Source: a virus (lineage: Duplodnaviria; Caudoviricetes). From it: a stretch of DNA of 64,000 nt. The stretch spans positions 1 to 64,000 of IMG/VR virus record IMGVR_UViG_3300017722_002753. The stretch is one strand, 5' to 3'. Positions 51,245-61,943 of the stretch are shown one piece after another (the stretch's first letter is position 1; every line of letters starts with the position of its first letter). A program made the translations under genes and the position numbers. The notes beneath the pieces were generated by a model that was not told the origin of the DNA, did no database searches, and worked only from the letters and a program-made list of their open reading frames with translations.

Positions 51245-54200
51245 TGGCAAGAAGGAAAGTTCCAAGTCAGGCTGCTTCAGGTGCTGAAACATTCAGCGAT
51301 AGTTTAGTCGGTGGTCAAATCACTGACGGTAGCAGTCAATTGACTAATACGAACTTTGCTCTTGATAGGTTAATTCCAGAAAAAGATAGTAAAACATTCA
51401 GAACAACTCCGTTTTCGGAGTTTTTAACTTTGGATGATTTAAAATCGGAAGAGAAGGATTCACAGACAACACAAACAAAATCAGAAAAAAAGAGGTCAAT
51501 CTCATTTAGAGGTGCAAAAGACGATGCGGGAAAATCATTATTTGGTTCTTTAAAATCAAGAATTGCTGCATCAATCAGTAATATAATTGAGAAGTACCCC
51601 GCTGCTATCATGGTGGACAAAGATAGTTCATCAAGTATTAGTGGTAAGACAGCATACAACGTTTCATATGACGTATCAACAAAAACAACCGAATTCGATA
51701 TTGAAACTGGTATGTTTTATAATACGTTTGATTTATCGTATGAAGCACCAAATAGTAATACAACACCTGAGACAACCAACCCACTTAGAAATTTCTATTC
51801 ATCATTTAAAAAATATGTTGTTGAAATAAGTGGTGTAACTTATGATATTATTGATTACGAACAACCGGATGTAAATAATATTATTACGTTAACGGTTAGT
51901 GGTAAACCATTTACAGGTACAACATATGACCAAAGTTTTATTATCAGACCAAACAATGGTTTAACTGAAGAGTTCTTCAGTGGTCTTGATGATTTAGAGG
52001 AAATATTACTTAACAGAGAGACAAATCCAAAATATAGAGCATCATTTAGAGTCCCAAGAGATACATCTGGTGGAAGTAAAACAGATTTAATTACTGTAGA
52101 ATATATTTGGCCGGTTGCAAAAGACGGATGGAACTTACAGGTTGTTGGTTTAGCGTTTGATTCTTATACATCAGGATTAAGTGATGTAGCTGAGGAGATA
52201 GATGATTATAAATCTAACTTATTTGTTAGATTCATGTCAGCACCTCAATTATTTGAGTTTGATAGTGAAGATAAAAAAGCGGAAGCGTTATTCCAATTAT
52301 ATGGACAGGCTTTCGATAAGGTAAAAAAATACATTGATAACATTGCTTACATGAGAAATGTAAGTTATGATGGTATTAACAACTTACCCGATTTACTTCT
52401 TAAAAATTTAGCTAACAATTTAGGTCTTAACACAATCAAATTATTTGATGAAAAAGATTTAGATGAAATTTTATATACTCGTAATGATGTACAATATTCA
52501 GGTTTAACAATTGGTAAAACATTGGTGGATGCTGAATATGAATTCTACAGAAGAATTCTCGTTAACTTAGCTTACATATACAAATCAAAAGGTACACGTA
52601 GCTCGATAAAATTCTTACTAAGATTTATCGGAGCACCCGACCCAATGATTAAAATTGATGAGTATAGATATGATATTGTTTCATATCCAAAGTCTCATAA
52701 TATTGATGATGATATTCGTGATTTAATTAGAGGTAATAAAACATTTAATACCGGAATATTCAACGCGACGACATATCAATATACCATTCAAACTATCACA
52801 GGTTCAACAACACTAACAAGAGACAATTACCCTGTTGAAGAAGTTACCGCAAGTGCGAAGAAATATGAAGACTTATCAAACGATACCTTTTTTCAAATGG
52901 GGTCTGGTTGGTATGATTTAACATTAGACCACAGATCACCTGATATATTAGACGAGGACATCTCAATAACAACTGGTAGAACTAAAACGTTACTAACTAA
53001 ACCAAAAGGTTACACTTTTGGTGAAGATTATTTTGATTCATATAGAACTTTACCAGGTTTAGACACGGGTTATGAATTAGTACCTGTTATTGACAATAAC
53101 CAAGGAGAAGTTGTAAATTCAAATTCAGAGTTAACCTTCAATAGAAAAAATATAAATGCATATCTTTCTTCTGCTCAGGCAATTGATTATGACATCTATA
53201 CGAAATCAAGAAATTTAAATTTATCATTCGGAAGCGCAACATTAGAACCACAAACGGGAGTAACGTTTGCAGAATTTGCGGATAAATTATTACATGAACA
53301 AATTTTAAATTCTAACATTATTAGATATAAGAAAAATTATATCAAGTTAGAAGACATATATCAATCTTATATTAAATCAAATTCATTTACACCATACAAT
53401 TTTCCCGATGTAAATGAATTTATTAACAGAATGGGTCCTTATTGGACTCAAATTTTAGACCAAATTATTCCATCCACAACATTATGGACAGGCGGTAATT
53501 TAATTGAAAACAATAAATTTAAAAGATCAAAATACTCATATAAATTCGGATGTCAACCAAAAGAATTTATCGAGGAATTATTCCCAAGTTTTGAAAATGC
53601 AATTGAAGAAGATTTTGAAACCTTATTAGGTGAAGAAGATAATTTCAGAGGTCTTTTAAATCTAACAGGTTATACATATAATCCTGTTATTGAAATCGAC
53701 GGTATCCAATATGTGGGAGATAGTGTTATCGTTAGTGGTAACACATCAACAGCAACAAGTGCAAAATTATTTAACACTTTTCCACAAACGGGATGTACAA
53801 GTCTAAACGAAGGTTCAACTCTTCCGTTAATTTGTGATTATAAGGATTATTTAAGTCCTGATGTAACAAAAATTAAAGAACTTTGGAAAACATCGTTAAC
53901 AAATTTAATCAATGAGATTAATAACGAAGAGACCATGGATGGTCCTGGATGTATTGATTCATATGCACCATATACTGCAGCAACAAGTGGTGCAACATGT
54001 ACTCAAGTTGCGAAACCAAAATTAGAATACACATATTATACTGATGTAGATGGAATTGAAAAAATTAAATTTACAACTATAAAGTATGGTCCTGACGATT
54101 GTTCAGTTAAAGATTATTTCACATATAGTTTTGATTCAGTTTACACATCAACACCAGGTTGTTATTTAGATATTGAATTTACCACACCATGTGACATTTA

Positions 54201-57200
54201 TTCGGGAACAACTGAAGATGGTTGTTCATATGATACACAAGTTAATTGTATTTTAACTAGTGATATAGTTGTTAACTTTAGTGGTATAACTGGTGTACAA
54301 AAAGGTGATGTTAAAAATTTACCAAATGTATATGTTTACAAAAATTGTGAACCAATACATAATCAATATACAGGGTACACAACGGGAGGAACGTCATTTT
54401 ATAACGTAACTGAATGTACATACATCTTAAATGATGTTAGAGACGTTGATGAAATTGATTTATTATTTTTAGACGCCGCGAACTGTGAAACAAAAGTAAA
54501 AATCCAAGGATTTGATACCCAAATGGTTTCAGGCGACACAGGTAATGGTTACAAAACCGGTTTTAAAATTGTACCAAAAGTACAATATAGAAACTCATAT
54601 AACTATGGTTTAAAATCAGATACTAAAGTCATTATTGTAAGTGGAGCAACTATCAGTAATAGTACAACACCAACAGATATTGAAAATTATTTATTAGCTG
54701 GTACGTTAGTTAAAACTAATGTAAGTGGTGTTACAAATGGTAATGTTATATTAACTGCCGAGCATTTAAATTGTTCAGGTTTTACCCACCAAGATTTTAG
54801 AAGTGCTAATTTAAATAATGACTATTCATTTAGTTTTAATTATAAAACATCTGTTGTAACAGATAAAGAGTGTTTAGGTTCAGTTAGAAAAAGTATAATC
54901 TCAGGTTTAACAGTAAACGAACAAGTTGTTGTTTTTGAATATCTACCAACGAGTAAGTTAAGAGTTTACACTAAAAAAGAAGTTAACGAAACAACATCAG
55001 CGGTAACTTTAAGAAAAAGTTATTTCTTCGATGATAGATTCCCTGAATTTTTACAAGTAAAACCAATACAAATTGAACCATGTTGTGATCATTCGGAAGA
55101 TTATTACGAACATGGTGACTATATTATAACAGAGAAAGGAGAATTAATTGAGGTATTAGCGGTTGATTTAAATTACTGTGAACCAAATTTATATTTCAGC
55201 ATTAATGTAACGAGTGATTCATCAATTGAAAACTTAGTTTTATTTAATGGTAACGGAAACTTCGAACCATTAATACAACACAAGTATGATAATCACATGC
55301 CAATTGTTGTTGATATGGGTGAACAACAATATTACACAAATAATACATGTTGTACATATGATGAAGATATTCATGGTATTGAGGTTCTAACAAGAGACCT
55401 ATCAACACCGTGTGTTACTCCTTATCCTATTATAGTACCATGTGGTACAGTGTACCCAACACCAATGCCGACGGTAACTGCGGGACCAACACCAACACCT
55501 AGTGGTACACCGATGCCGACTCCTACACCAAGTAGTAGTGCGACACCGCCTCCAACAGGAACGGCAACACCTACACCTACTTTAACAGGAACGGCAACTT
55601 CAACCCCTACACCGACTCCGAGTACCACATCAAGTGCTACTCCGACTCCTACTGGAACGAACACACCAACTCCTACATTAACAGGAACTAACGAACCAAC
55701 TGCAACTCCGACACCTACACCAAGCGCAACTCCAAACTGTGAGTTTGAAGTAACTGCATTTGTTGCAACTCCAACACCAACGCCAACAGTAACAGAGAAT
55801 TGTAATTTTGAAGTGACCGCATTTGTTGCAACACCTACACCAACTGGCACGAATGAACCAACTCCAACTCCAACAGAAAATTGTGATTTTGAGGTAACAG
55901 CATTTGTTGCAACACCAACCCCTACGCCGACAAATACAAATACACCAACACCGACAGAAAATTGTGATTTTGAGGTAACGGCATTTGTCGCGACACCTAC
56001 ACCAACTGGTACTAACGAACCCACCCCAACTTCAACGGAGAATTGTGAATTTGAAGTAACAGCATTCGTAGCAACTCCAACTCCAACAGGAACAAACGAG
56101 CCGACAGCAACTCCTACATCAAGTGTAACACCTACCCCAACTCCAACTGAGAATTGTGATTTTGTTGTTACAGTAGACATTGCAACGCCAACTCCTACAC
56201 CAAGTAATACACCAAGTAGTACTCCTGACCCAAGCTCAACTCCAACGCCGACCCCAACAGAAAACTGTGAGTTCGAGGTGACTGTCGATATTGCAACGCC
56301 AACTCCTACACCAAGTAGTACACCTGACCCAAGTGCAACTCCAACACCTAGTCCAAGTGGAACTAACGAACCAACTAATACCCCTACTCCAACTCCAACT
56401 GAAAATTGTGACTTTGAGATTGTGGTAGACATCGCAACGCCAACACCAACAGGAACGAGTGAACCAACTCCTACTCCTACATTAACAGGTACTAACGAAC
56501 CAACTAACACACCTACTCCAACTCCAACTGAAAATTGTGAGTTTGAGGTGATAGTTGATATTGCAACACCCACACCAACCCCTACATTAACGGGAACAAA
56601 TGAGCCGACAGCAACCCCTACATTAACAGGAACCAACGAACCAACTAATACTCCGACGCCAACTGCAACAGTAAATTGCGACTTTGACGTTGATATAAAT
56701 GTTGCAACCCCAACCCCTACGGGAACAAGTGAGCCGACTCCTACTCCTACATTAACTGGTACTAATGAGCCGACACCAACAGGAACAAGTGAACCAACTC
56801 CTACTCCTACATTAACCGGTACTAACGAGCCAACTAATACTCCGACACCAACACCAACTGAAACAAACGAGCCAACACCAACTCCAAGTAATGATTTGTG
56901 TGATGTCATCATTGATATATTACCTGACTCAACTTCAACACCAACTCCTACATTAACAGGAACAAGTGAGCCGACTCCAACTCCTACATTAACAGGAACT
57001 AATGAGCCGACTCAAACACCAACACCATCTGGTACAAATGAACCAACACCTACGGCAACTGCGAATTGTAATTTCGATGTTGATTTAAACATTGCAACTC
57101 CAACTCCTACACCAACGTTAACAGGAACTAACGAGCCAACACCAACTGAAACAAACGAGCCAACACCAACACCAACTCCAAGTAATGATTTGTGTGATGT

Positions 57201-57333
57201 TATTGTTGATATTTTACCTGACCCAACACCAACTCCAAACCCAACGGCAACACCTGACGTGTTTGGAATTATAACAGAAGATGGTATTTATATAATATCA
57301 GATGAAAATGGAAATACACTAATACCTGAATAA
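51244..57333 (+). CDS. Large baseplate wedge / fibre-anchoring protein (gp7-like motif) with a long Pro/Thr repeat C-terminus
   Basis: NLAYIYKSKGTRSSIKFLL matches the gp7/tail protein I-type KSKGT motif; the last ~600 aa are repetitive. Confidence 0.65.
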   Translation: MARRKVPSQAASGAETFSDSLVGGQITDGSSQLTNTNFALDRLIPEKDSKTFRTTPFSEFLTLDDLKSEEKDSQTTQTKSEKKRSISFRGAKDDAGKSLFGSLKSRIAASISNIIEKYPAAIMVDKDSSSSISGKTAYNVSYDVSTKTTEFDIETGMFYNTFDLSYEAPNSNTTPETTNPLRNFYSSFKKYVVEISGVTYDIIDYEQPDVNNIITLTVSGKPFTGTTYDQSFIIRPNNGLTEEFFSGLDDLEEILLNRETNPKYRASFRVPRDTSGGSKTDLITVEYIWPVAKDGWNLQVVGLAFDSYTSGLSDVAEEIDDYKSNLFVRFMSAPQLFEFDSEDKKAEALFQLYGQAFDKVKKYIDNIAYMRNVSYDGINNLPDLLLKNLANNLGLNTIKLFDEKDLDEILYTRNDVQYSGLTIGKTLVDAEYEFYRRILVNLAYIYKSKGTRSSIKFLLRFIGAPDPMIKIDEYRYDIVSYPKSHNIDDDIRDLIRGNKTFNTGIFNATTYQYTIQTITGSTTLTRDNYPVEEVTASAKKYEDLSNDTFFQMGSGWYDLTLDHRSPDILDEDISITTGRTKTLLTKPKGYTFGEDYFDSYRTLPGLDTGYELVPVIDNNQGEVVNSNSELTFNRKNINAYLSSAQAIDYDIYTKSRNLNLSFGSATLEPQTGVTFAEFADKLLHEQILNSNIIRYKKNYIKLEDIYQSYIKSNSFTPYNFPDVNEFINRMGPYWTQILDQIIPSTTLWTGGNLIENNKFKRSKYSYKFGCQPKEFIEELFPSFENAIEEDFETLLGEEDNFRGLLNLTGYTYNPVIEIDGIQYVGDSVIVSGNTSTATSAKLFNTFPQTGCTSLNEGSTLPLICDYKDYLSPDVTKIKELWKTSLTNLINEINNEETMDGPGCIDSYAPYTAATSGATCTQVAKPKLEYTYYTDVDGIEKIKFTTIKYGPDDCSVKDYFTYSFDSVYTSTPGCYLDIEFTTPCDIYSGTTEDGCSYDTQVNCILTSDIVVNFSGITGVQKGDVKNLPNVYVYKNCEPIHNQYTGYTTGGTSFYNVTECTYILNDVRDVDEIDLLFLDAANCETKVKIQGFDTQMVSGDTGNGYKTGFKIVPKVQYRNSYNYGLKSDTKVIIVSGATISNSTTPTDIENYLLAGTLVKTNVSGVTNGNVILTAEHLNCSGFTHQDFRSANLNNDYSFSFNYKTSVVTDKECLGSVRKSIISGLTVNEQVVVFEYLPTSKLRVYTKKEVNETTSAVTLRKSYFFDDRFPEFLQVKPIQIEPCCDHSEDYYEHGDYIITEKGELIEVLAVDLNYCEPNLYFSINVTSDSSIENLVLFNGNGNFEPLIQHKYDNHMPIVVDMGEQQYYTNNTCCTYDEDIHGIEVLTRDLSTPCVTPYPIIVPCGTVYPTPMPTVTAGPTPTPSGTPMPTPTPSSSATPPPTGTATPTPTLTGTATSTPTPTPSTTSSATPTPTGTNTPTPTLTGTNEPTATPTPTPSATPNCEFEVTAFVATPTPTPTVTENCNFEVTAFVATPTPTGTNEPTPTPTENCDFEVTAFVATPTPTPTNTNTPTPTENCDFEVTAFVATPTPTGTNEPTPTSTENCEFEVTAFVATPTPTGTNEPTATPTSSVTPTPTPTENCDFVVTVDIATPTPTPSNTPSSTPDPSSTPTPTPTENCEFEVTVDIATPTPTPSSTPDPSATPTPSPSGTNEPTNTPTPTPTENCDFEIVVDIATPTPTGTSEPTPTPTLTGTNEPTNTPTPTPTENCEFEVIVDIATPTPTPTLTGTNEPTATPTLTGTNEPTNTPTPTATVNCDFDVDINVATPTPTGTSEPTPTPTLTGTNEPTPTGTSEPTPTPTLTGTNEPTNTPTPTPTETNEPTPTPSNDLCDVIIDILPDSTSTPTPTLTGTSEPTPTPTLTGTNEPTQTPTPSGTNEPTPTATANCNFDVDLNIATPTPTPTLTGTNEPTPTETNEPTPTPTPSNDLCDVIVDILPDPTPTPNPTATPDVFGIITEDGIYIISDENGNTLIPE
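55460..57255 (+). repeat. Coding repeat array: NC(D/E/N)F-x-V-x-x-x-(I/V)ATPTPT modules on PT/GTNEPT linkers
   Basis: 11 NCxF modules and 2 NDLCDVI(I/V)DILPD modules counted in the translation. Confidence 0.9.
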
Positions 57334-57359
57334 AAAAATTATAAAAAAAAGAAGTTAAA

Positions 57360-59270
57360 ATGGCACTAATAAAAGTTTCCGAATTAAGTAGTACGGGTTC
57401 CGTAAAAATAGATGATTTATTACTAATCTCAACAACTAGCGGTAGTGGGTACACATCAAATCATATATCAATTAGCGACTTAGTTTCAAGTCAACCATTC
57501 CTTGATTTAAATGGTTCATCAGGGACTAGTGGAACTTCTGGTGCCGATGGTTACACACCACAATTTGGTGTTGACTATTTCAATGGAACAGATGGTACTT
57601 CAGGAACAAGTGGTTTAGATGGTATATCAGGAAATGATGGTGCGTTTTCGGGTAGATGGTTTTATGGTTTAGATTCCTTACCGGATGGTATGACCACAAC
57701 TTCATATTTTTGGACAAATTCCAGTATCTCAGGTGAACCTTATAGTCTTTCAGGAGTCAATCAAATCGCAATTGACACATTTTCTATTAGTGGTAATTAT
57801 TTTGGGTGGAAGAATATATTATATAATCAGACATTATCGGGAAGTACCAAACCATACATTCAAATAACCGAAGTTGGGAATAATAACATAATTGGATTAT
57901 ATCAGCCTATAAGTGGTGAATCCGTTCAAAGTACAACGATATATTTAGTTAATACTATCTCAGGAGAAGGATCATTCACCATTGATAAAGAATATACCAT
58001 TTCTTTTGTTTTAAATGGTAATGATGGTTCTAGTGGAACATCAGGAACAAGTGGAGATTCAGGTTCTAGTGGAACGTCTGGTTCTTCTGGAACATCAGGA
58101 AGTTCAGGTACAAGTGGCACATCAGGTTCTAGTGGAACAAGTGGAACGTCAGGTATTGACGGTACATCAGGAACTTCAGGTGAAGATGCGTTATGGAACT
58201 TTTTAGGTCCGTATAATGGTGGTCAAATTTATAATATAGGTGCTATTGTAACTCATGGTGGTGAAACTTGGTATTGTATTCGATATGCACCAACTGGTTA
58301 TGGCCCATACGGCGGTTATATTGATGATTATTGGACTTTAATTGCTGCATCAGGTTCAGATGGTTCGTCAGGAACATCTGGTGATTCTGGTTCAAGTGGA
58401 ACATCTGGTGTAGACGGAAGCTCAGGAACATCTGGTAATTCCGGTTCAAGTGGAACATCAGGTAGAGACGGTATTGGTGGAGAAGTTAGAAGTTTTACGA
58501 ACTCAACAACATGGAATGTTAATCATAATTTAGACATATTGTACCCAATTGTAACAGTATGGGATAATAATAATAAAGTAATAGTACCAACTCAAATTAC
58601 CTCAATCGATAGTAATAATTTAACCGTATCGTTTAGTTTATTAACATCAGGTTATGTAAATGTGGTTAAAGGTGGTGATATAATTTCAGGATCAACTGCA
58701 ATTGCGGGATCAAGTGGAACTTCTGGTATCAATGGTAGTTCTGGTACTAGTGGTATAAATGGTACTTCAGGAACATCAGGTTCTTCTGGTGTATCTGGTA
58801 CTAATGGCTCATCTGGAACAAGTGGAACATCAGGTTCTTCAGGTTCAAACGGTAGTTCAGGAACTAGTGGTTCATCAGGAACCACTCCGGCAAATGTTAC
58901 ATTAAAAACAACGGGGTCTTGGACAGTACCAGCAGGAGCATCTACACAAAGTTTTACAGTAGAAGGTGGACATAGTTATTCAATGTGGGTAAATGGTAAT
59001 ATTCCAAATGGTATTATAACTTGGAACGCAACTGTAACAACATCAAATACAAATGTTCCAGCAGTTGGTTATCAATATGGTTGGTATTACACACCGGGTA
59101 ATGCATTAGTTTTAACTGCAATGCCTGACCAAATTATAGGAACAAATGGTAGTATCGCAAATACACCAACATCATACGTACCAAATACTTCAAATGTGTT
59201 TAGTTTTGGAATAACAAACAATAGTGGGGCACCGCAAACAATTAATTACGGATATATAAAACTATCATAA
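57360..59270 (+). CDS. Tail fibre-like protein with Gly-X-X (Ser/Thr) repeats and a CBM5/12-like module
   Basis: N-terminal KVSELS...DLLLI anchor-like motif; (GSS/GTS)n blocks; YNIGAIVTHGGETWYC; W-x-x-x-HNL...YP module. Confidence 0.7.
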   Translation: MALIKVSELSSTGSVKIDDLLLISTTSGSGYTSNHISISDLVSSQPFLDLNGSSGTSGTSGADGYTPQFGVDYFNGTDGTSGTSGLDGISGNDGAFSGRWFYGLDSLPDGMTTTSYFWTNSSISGEPYSLSGVNQIAIDTFSISGNYFGWKNILYNQTLSGSTKPYIQITEVGNNNIIGLYQPISGESVQSTTIYLVNTISGEGSFTIDKEYTISFVLNGNDGSSGTSGTSGDSGSSGTSGSSGTSGSSGTSGTSGSSGTSGTSGIDGTSGTSGEDALWNFLGPYNGGQIYNIGAIVTHGGETWYCIRYAPTGYGPYGGYIDDYWTLIAASGSDGSSGTSGDSGSSGTSGVDGSSGTSGNSGSSGTSGRDGIGGEVRSFTNSTTWNVNHNLDILYPIVTVWDNNNKVIVPTQITSIDSNNLTVSFSLLTSGYVNVVKGGDIISGSTAIAGSSGTSGINGSSGTSGINGTSGTSGSSGVSGTNGSSGTSGTSGSSGSNGSSGTSGSSGTTPANVTLKTTGSWTVPAGASTQSFTVEGGHSYSMWVNGNIPNGIITWNATVTTSNTNVPAVGYQYGWYYTPGNALVLTAMPDQIIGTNGSIANTPTSYVPNTSNVFSFGITNNSGAPQTINYGYIKLS

Positions 59271-59379
59271 AATTTATTATTACAAGTATTATTAACTCAA
59301 ATCGGAATAACAAGATAATTATACATAGAAGGATTGGTTTAAAAAATAAAAAATAGAGTAAAAAAAAATATAAGATAAG

Positions 59380-61893
59380 GTGCCAATAGTAATAATAAGG
59401 AGTGATAATTTTAGCGGACAAACTGCCGACGTAACTTTTTATCCGGCAACGGGAGGCACCGTAAATTTTAATGGAGTAACAATTCCATATCAGTACCAAA
59501 CTGATTATCCGTATGGTACATATTCAGTACATTTTATCGATAGTAACAATACATGTCCTTATGAAATTGTCGAAACTACGCCAACTCCAACTCCAACAGG
59601 AACCAACGAACCGACACCAACATCAACTGCGAATTGCGACTTTGATGTTGACTTAGATATTGCAACACCTACACCAACTCCAACACTAACGGGTACATTT
59701 GAACCAACGTCAACCTCAACTCCTACTCCTACATTAACAGGAACTAACGAGCCAACTCCAACTCCAACAGAAAACTGCGAGTTTGTGGTGACAGTTGATA
59801 TTGCAACCCCAACTCCAACAGGAACTAATGAGCCGACACCAACACCTACTGCTACAGATGATTGTGAATTTATTATCACAATTGACATTGCGACACCAAC
59901 ACCTACACCAACATTAACAGGAACTAACGAATCAACACCAACACCAACAGGTACATCTGAACCAACTCCAACACCTACCACAACTACAAATTGTGATTTT
60001 GATATTGATTTAGATATTGCAACGCCTACACCAACTCCTACATTAACTGGTACTAACGAGCCAACTCCAACTGAAACTAATGAGCCGACACCTACAGGAA
60101 CAAACGAGCCAACACCAACTGGTACTAACGAACCTACTCCAACAGCAACTGCAAATTGCGACTTTGATATTGACTTAGATGTTGCAACAGCAACACCGGA
60201 GCCCACTGGTACACCAACACCAACTCCTACTCCGAGCAACACTCCAAGTAGTACTCCGGGCCCAACATCTCAACCAACAGCAACACCTACACCAAGTGTA
60301 ACACCTGGCCCAACTGAAACAGAAAATTGTGAGTTTGAAATAACGGCTATTGTTGCAACTCCAACACCAACACCAAGTAATACTCCAAGTAGTACTCCAG
60401 ATGTTACGGCTAATCCGACAGCAACACCTGACTCTACACCGAATCCAACACCAAACCCAACATCTGAACCAACCCCGACACCAAGTAATACTCCTGATGC
60501 AACAGCAACTCCTACATCCACACCGAATCCAACTGCAACTGTAAATTGTGATTTTGTTGTTAGTGTAGATATTGCAACACCAACACCTACTCCGAGCCAC
60601 ACTCCAAGTAGTACACCAAATCCAACACCTAATCCAACGGCAAGTAGTACACCGGAGCCAACTGAGAATCCTACTGCAACACCTAATCCAACGGCAACAC
60701 CAAATCCTACACCAGACCCAACACCTGACCCTACACCAAATCCAACACCTAATCCGACTGCAAGTAGTACACCAAACCCTACCGCAACACCAAATTGTGA
60801 GTTCGTGGTAATTGCAAATATTGCAACACCAACACCTACTCCGAGTCATAGTGCAACACCGGCAGCAACACCTAATCCAACATCTAATCCAACGGCAACA
60901 CCTAACCCTACACCCGATCCTACACCTAACCCAACAGCAAACCCAACAGCAACACCTGACCCTACACCTGGTCCAACACCTAACCCAACACCTGACCCTA
61001 CACCGAATCCAACATCAACACCTAATCCAACATCAACACCAAACCCTACTGCAACACCTAACCCAACGGCAACACCTGGCCCAACTCCAAGTCCGACAGT
61101 TGCAATTAGTGCAACTTTAACACCTAGTAGTGTTAGTTGTAATGCGGGAAGTAATGGTACTATCACAGTTAGCGGAGTGAGTGGTGGTTTAGGTGCAACA
61201 TACCAAATTAAACTTGGTGCGGGTGGAACATACACTAACTACCCTACAACAAATTCATATTCAAATTTAACTGCTGGTTTTTACACTATATACGTTAAAG
61301 ACTCAGGTGGATTTGAAAGTACATTTGGAACTACAATAACAGAACCATCAGCACAATCGGCATCACTTACAGTAGTTGCACAACCAAGTTGTGGAGTAAG
61401 TGACGGTATATTACAATTATCATCTAGTGGTGGTGTGTTCCCTAAGACATATAGATTATATGCTGACACATCAGCACCTTATACATCATGTAGTGGTGAT
61501 TTAATATTCAGTGGATCAACATCAACATACGGAACTACATTCAATGTGACAGGTTTAACATTTGTCGGATACTGTCTTGAAGTAACAGACGCAAACGGAT
61601 GTGTTACTAATAGCGGAATCACAGTATTAAATGAACCAACACAATATTACAAGTATCAAGTTCTTGTATGTAGTAATAGTCAAGCAGTATATATGACATC
61701 ACCAGATTTATTACCAAGTTCATTCTTAGGCGGAACTAAAGTAATCAAAATTGACAACATTTGTTATCAAATTGATTACCACATCTCAACAACATGTACA
61801 CAAGAATTTTTACACTTAACTGATGGTCAATATTCAACAATTTGGAACTCATGTAATGATTGTACCGGTGGTGGTGGAGGAAATCAAATTTAA
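59380..61893 (+). CDS. Pro/Thr repeat protein with Cys-strand modules and C-terminal SprB-like repeats
   Basis: GTG start; 8 CxF-x-(V/I) modules; [12 protein letters not shown]...[15 protein letters not shown] and [10 protein letters not shown]...[11 protein letters not shown]. Confidence 0.7.
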   Translation: MPIVIIRSDNFSGQTADVTFYPATGGTVNFNGVTIPYQYQTDYPYGTYSVHFIDSNNTCPYEIVETTPTPTPTGTNEPTPTSTANCDFDVDLDIATPTPTPTLTGTFEPTSTSTPTPTLTGTNEPTPTPTENCEFVVTVDIATPTPTGTNEPTPTPTATDDCEFIITIDIATPTPTPTLTGTNESTPTPTGTSEPTPTPTTTTNCDFDIDLDIATPTPTPTLTGTNEPTPTETNEPTPTGTNEPTPTGTNEPTPTATANCDFDIDLDVATATPEPTGTPTPTPTPSNTPSSTPGPTSQPTATPTPSVTPGPTETENCEFEITAIVATPTPTPSNTPSSTPDVTANPTATPDSTPNPTPNPTSEPTPTPSNTPDATATPTSTPNPTATVNCDFVVSVDIATPTPTPSHTPSSTPNPTPNPTASSTPEPTENPTATPNPTATPNPTPDPTPDPTPNPTPNPTASSTPNPTATPNCEFVVIANIATPTPTPSHSATPAATPNPTSNPTATPNPTPDPTPNPTANPTATPDPTPGPTPNPTPDPTPNPTSTPNPTSTPNPTATPNPTATPGPTPSPTVAISATLTPSSVSCNAGSNGTITVSGVSGGLGATYQIKLGAGGTYTNYPTTNSYSNLTAGFYTIYVKDSGGFESTFGTTITEPSAQSASLTVVAQPSCGVSDGILQLSSSGGVFPKTYRLYADTSAPYTSCSGDLIFSGSTSTYGTTFNVTGLTFVGYCLEVTDANGCVTNSGITVLNEPTQYYKYQVLVCSNSQAVYMTSPDLLPSSFLGGTKVIKIDNICYQIDYHISTTCTQEFLHLTDGQYSTIWNSCNDCTGGGGGNQI
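59575..61095 (+). repeat. Coding Pro/Thr/Asn repeat array
   Basis: [11 protein letters not shown] and PNPT units with synonymous codon variation. Confidence 0.9.
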
Positions 61894-61943
61894 CATATTT
61901 TGAAATAAACATGTATTTATAATAAAAGAAAAAAACTAAAAAA

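Noticed and set aside
55422-56912. 496-aa minus-strand VGVGV ORF, and similar ORFs at 59559-60242, 60270-60602, 60846-61235 and 60175-60849
   Set aside because: These are antisense shadows of the Pro/Thr codon repeats, which lack stop codons on the reverse strand. They have no independent start context.
57525-58850. Multiple GTGGAAC parS half-site words
   Set aside because: They arise from Ser-Gly-Thr codons (AGT GGA AC) inside a CDS and have no palindromic partner.
57926-58885. Short minus-strand PEVP/PLVP ORFs
   Set aside because: Antisense shadows of the GSS/GTS repeats.
55460-61095. Possible CRISPR array or DGR template/variable repeat pair
   Set aside because: The repeats are in-frame and coding, with synonymous third-position variation. 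There is no constant repeat with unique spacers, no adenine-specific mismatch pattern noticed, and no reverse transcriptase or cas gene in the window.
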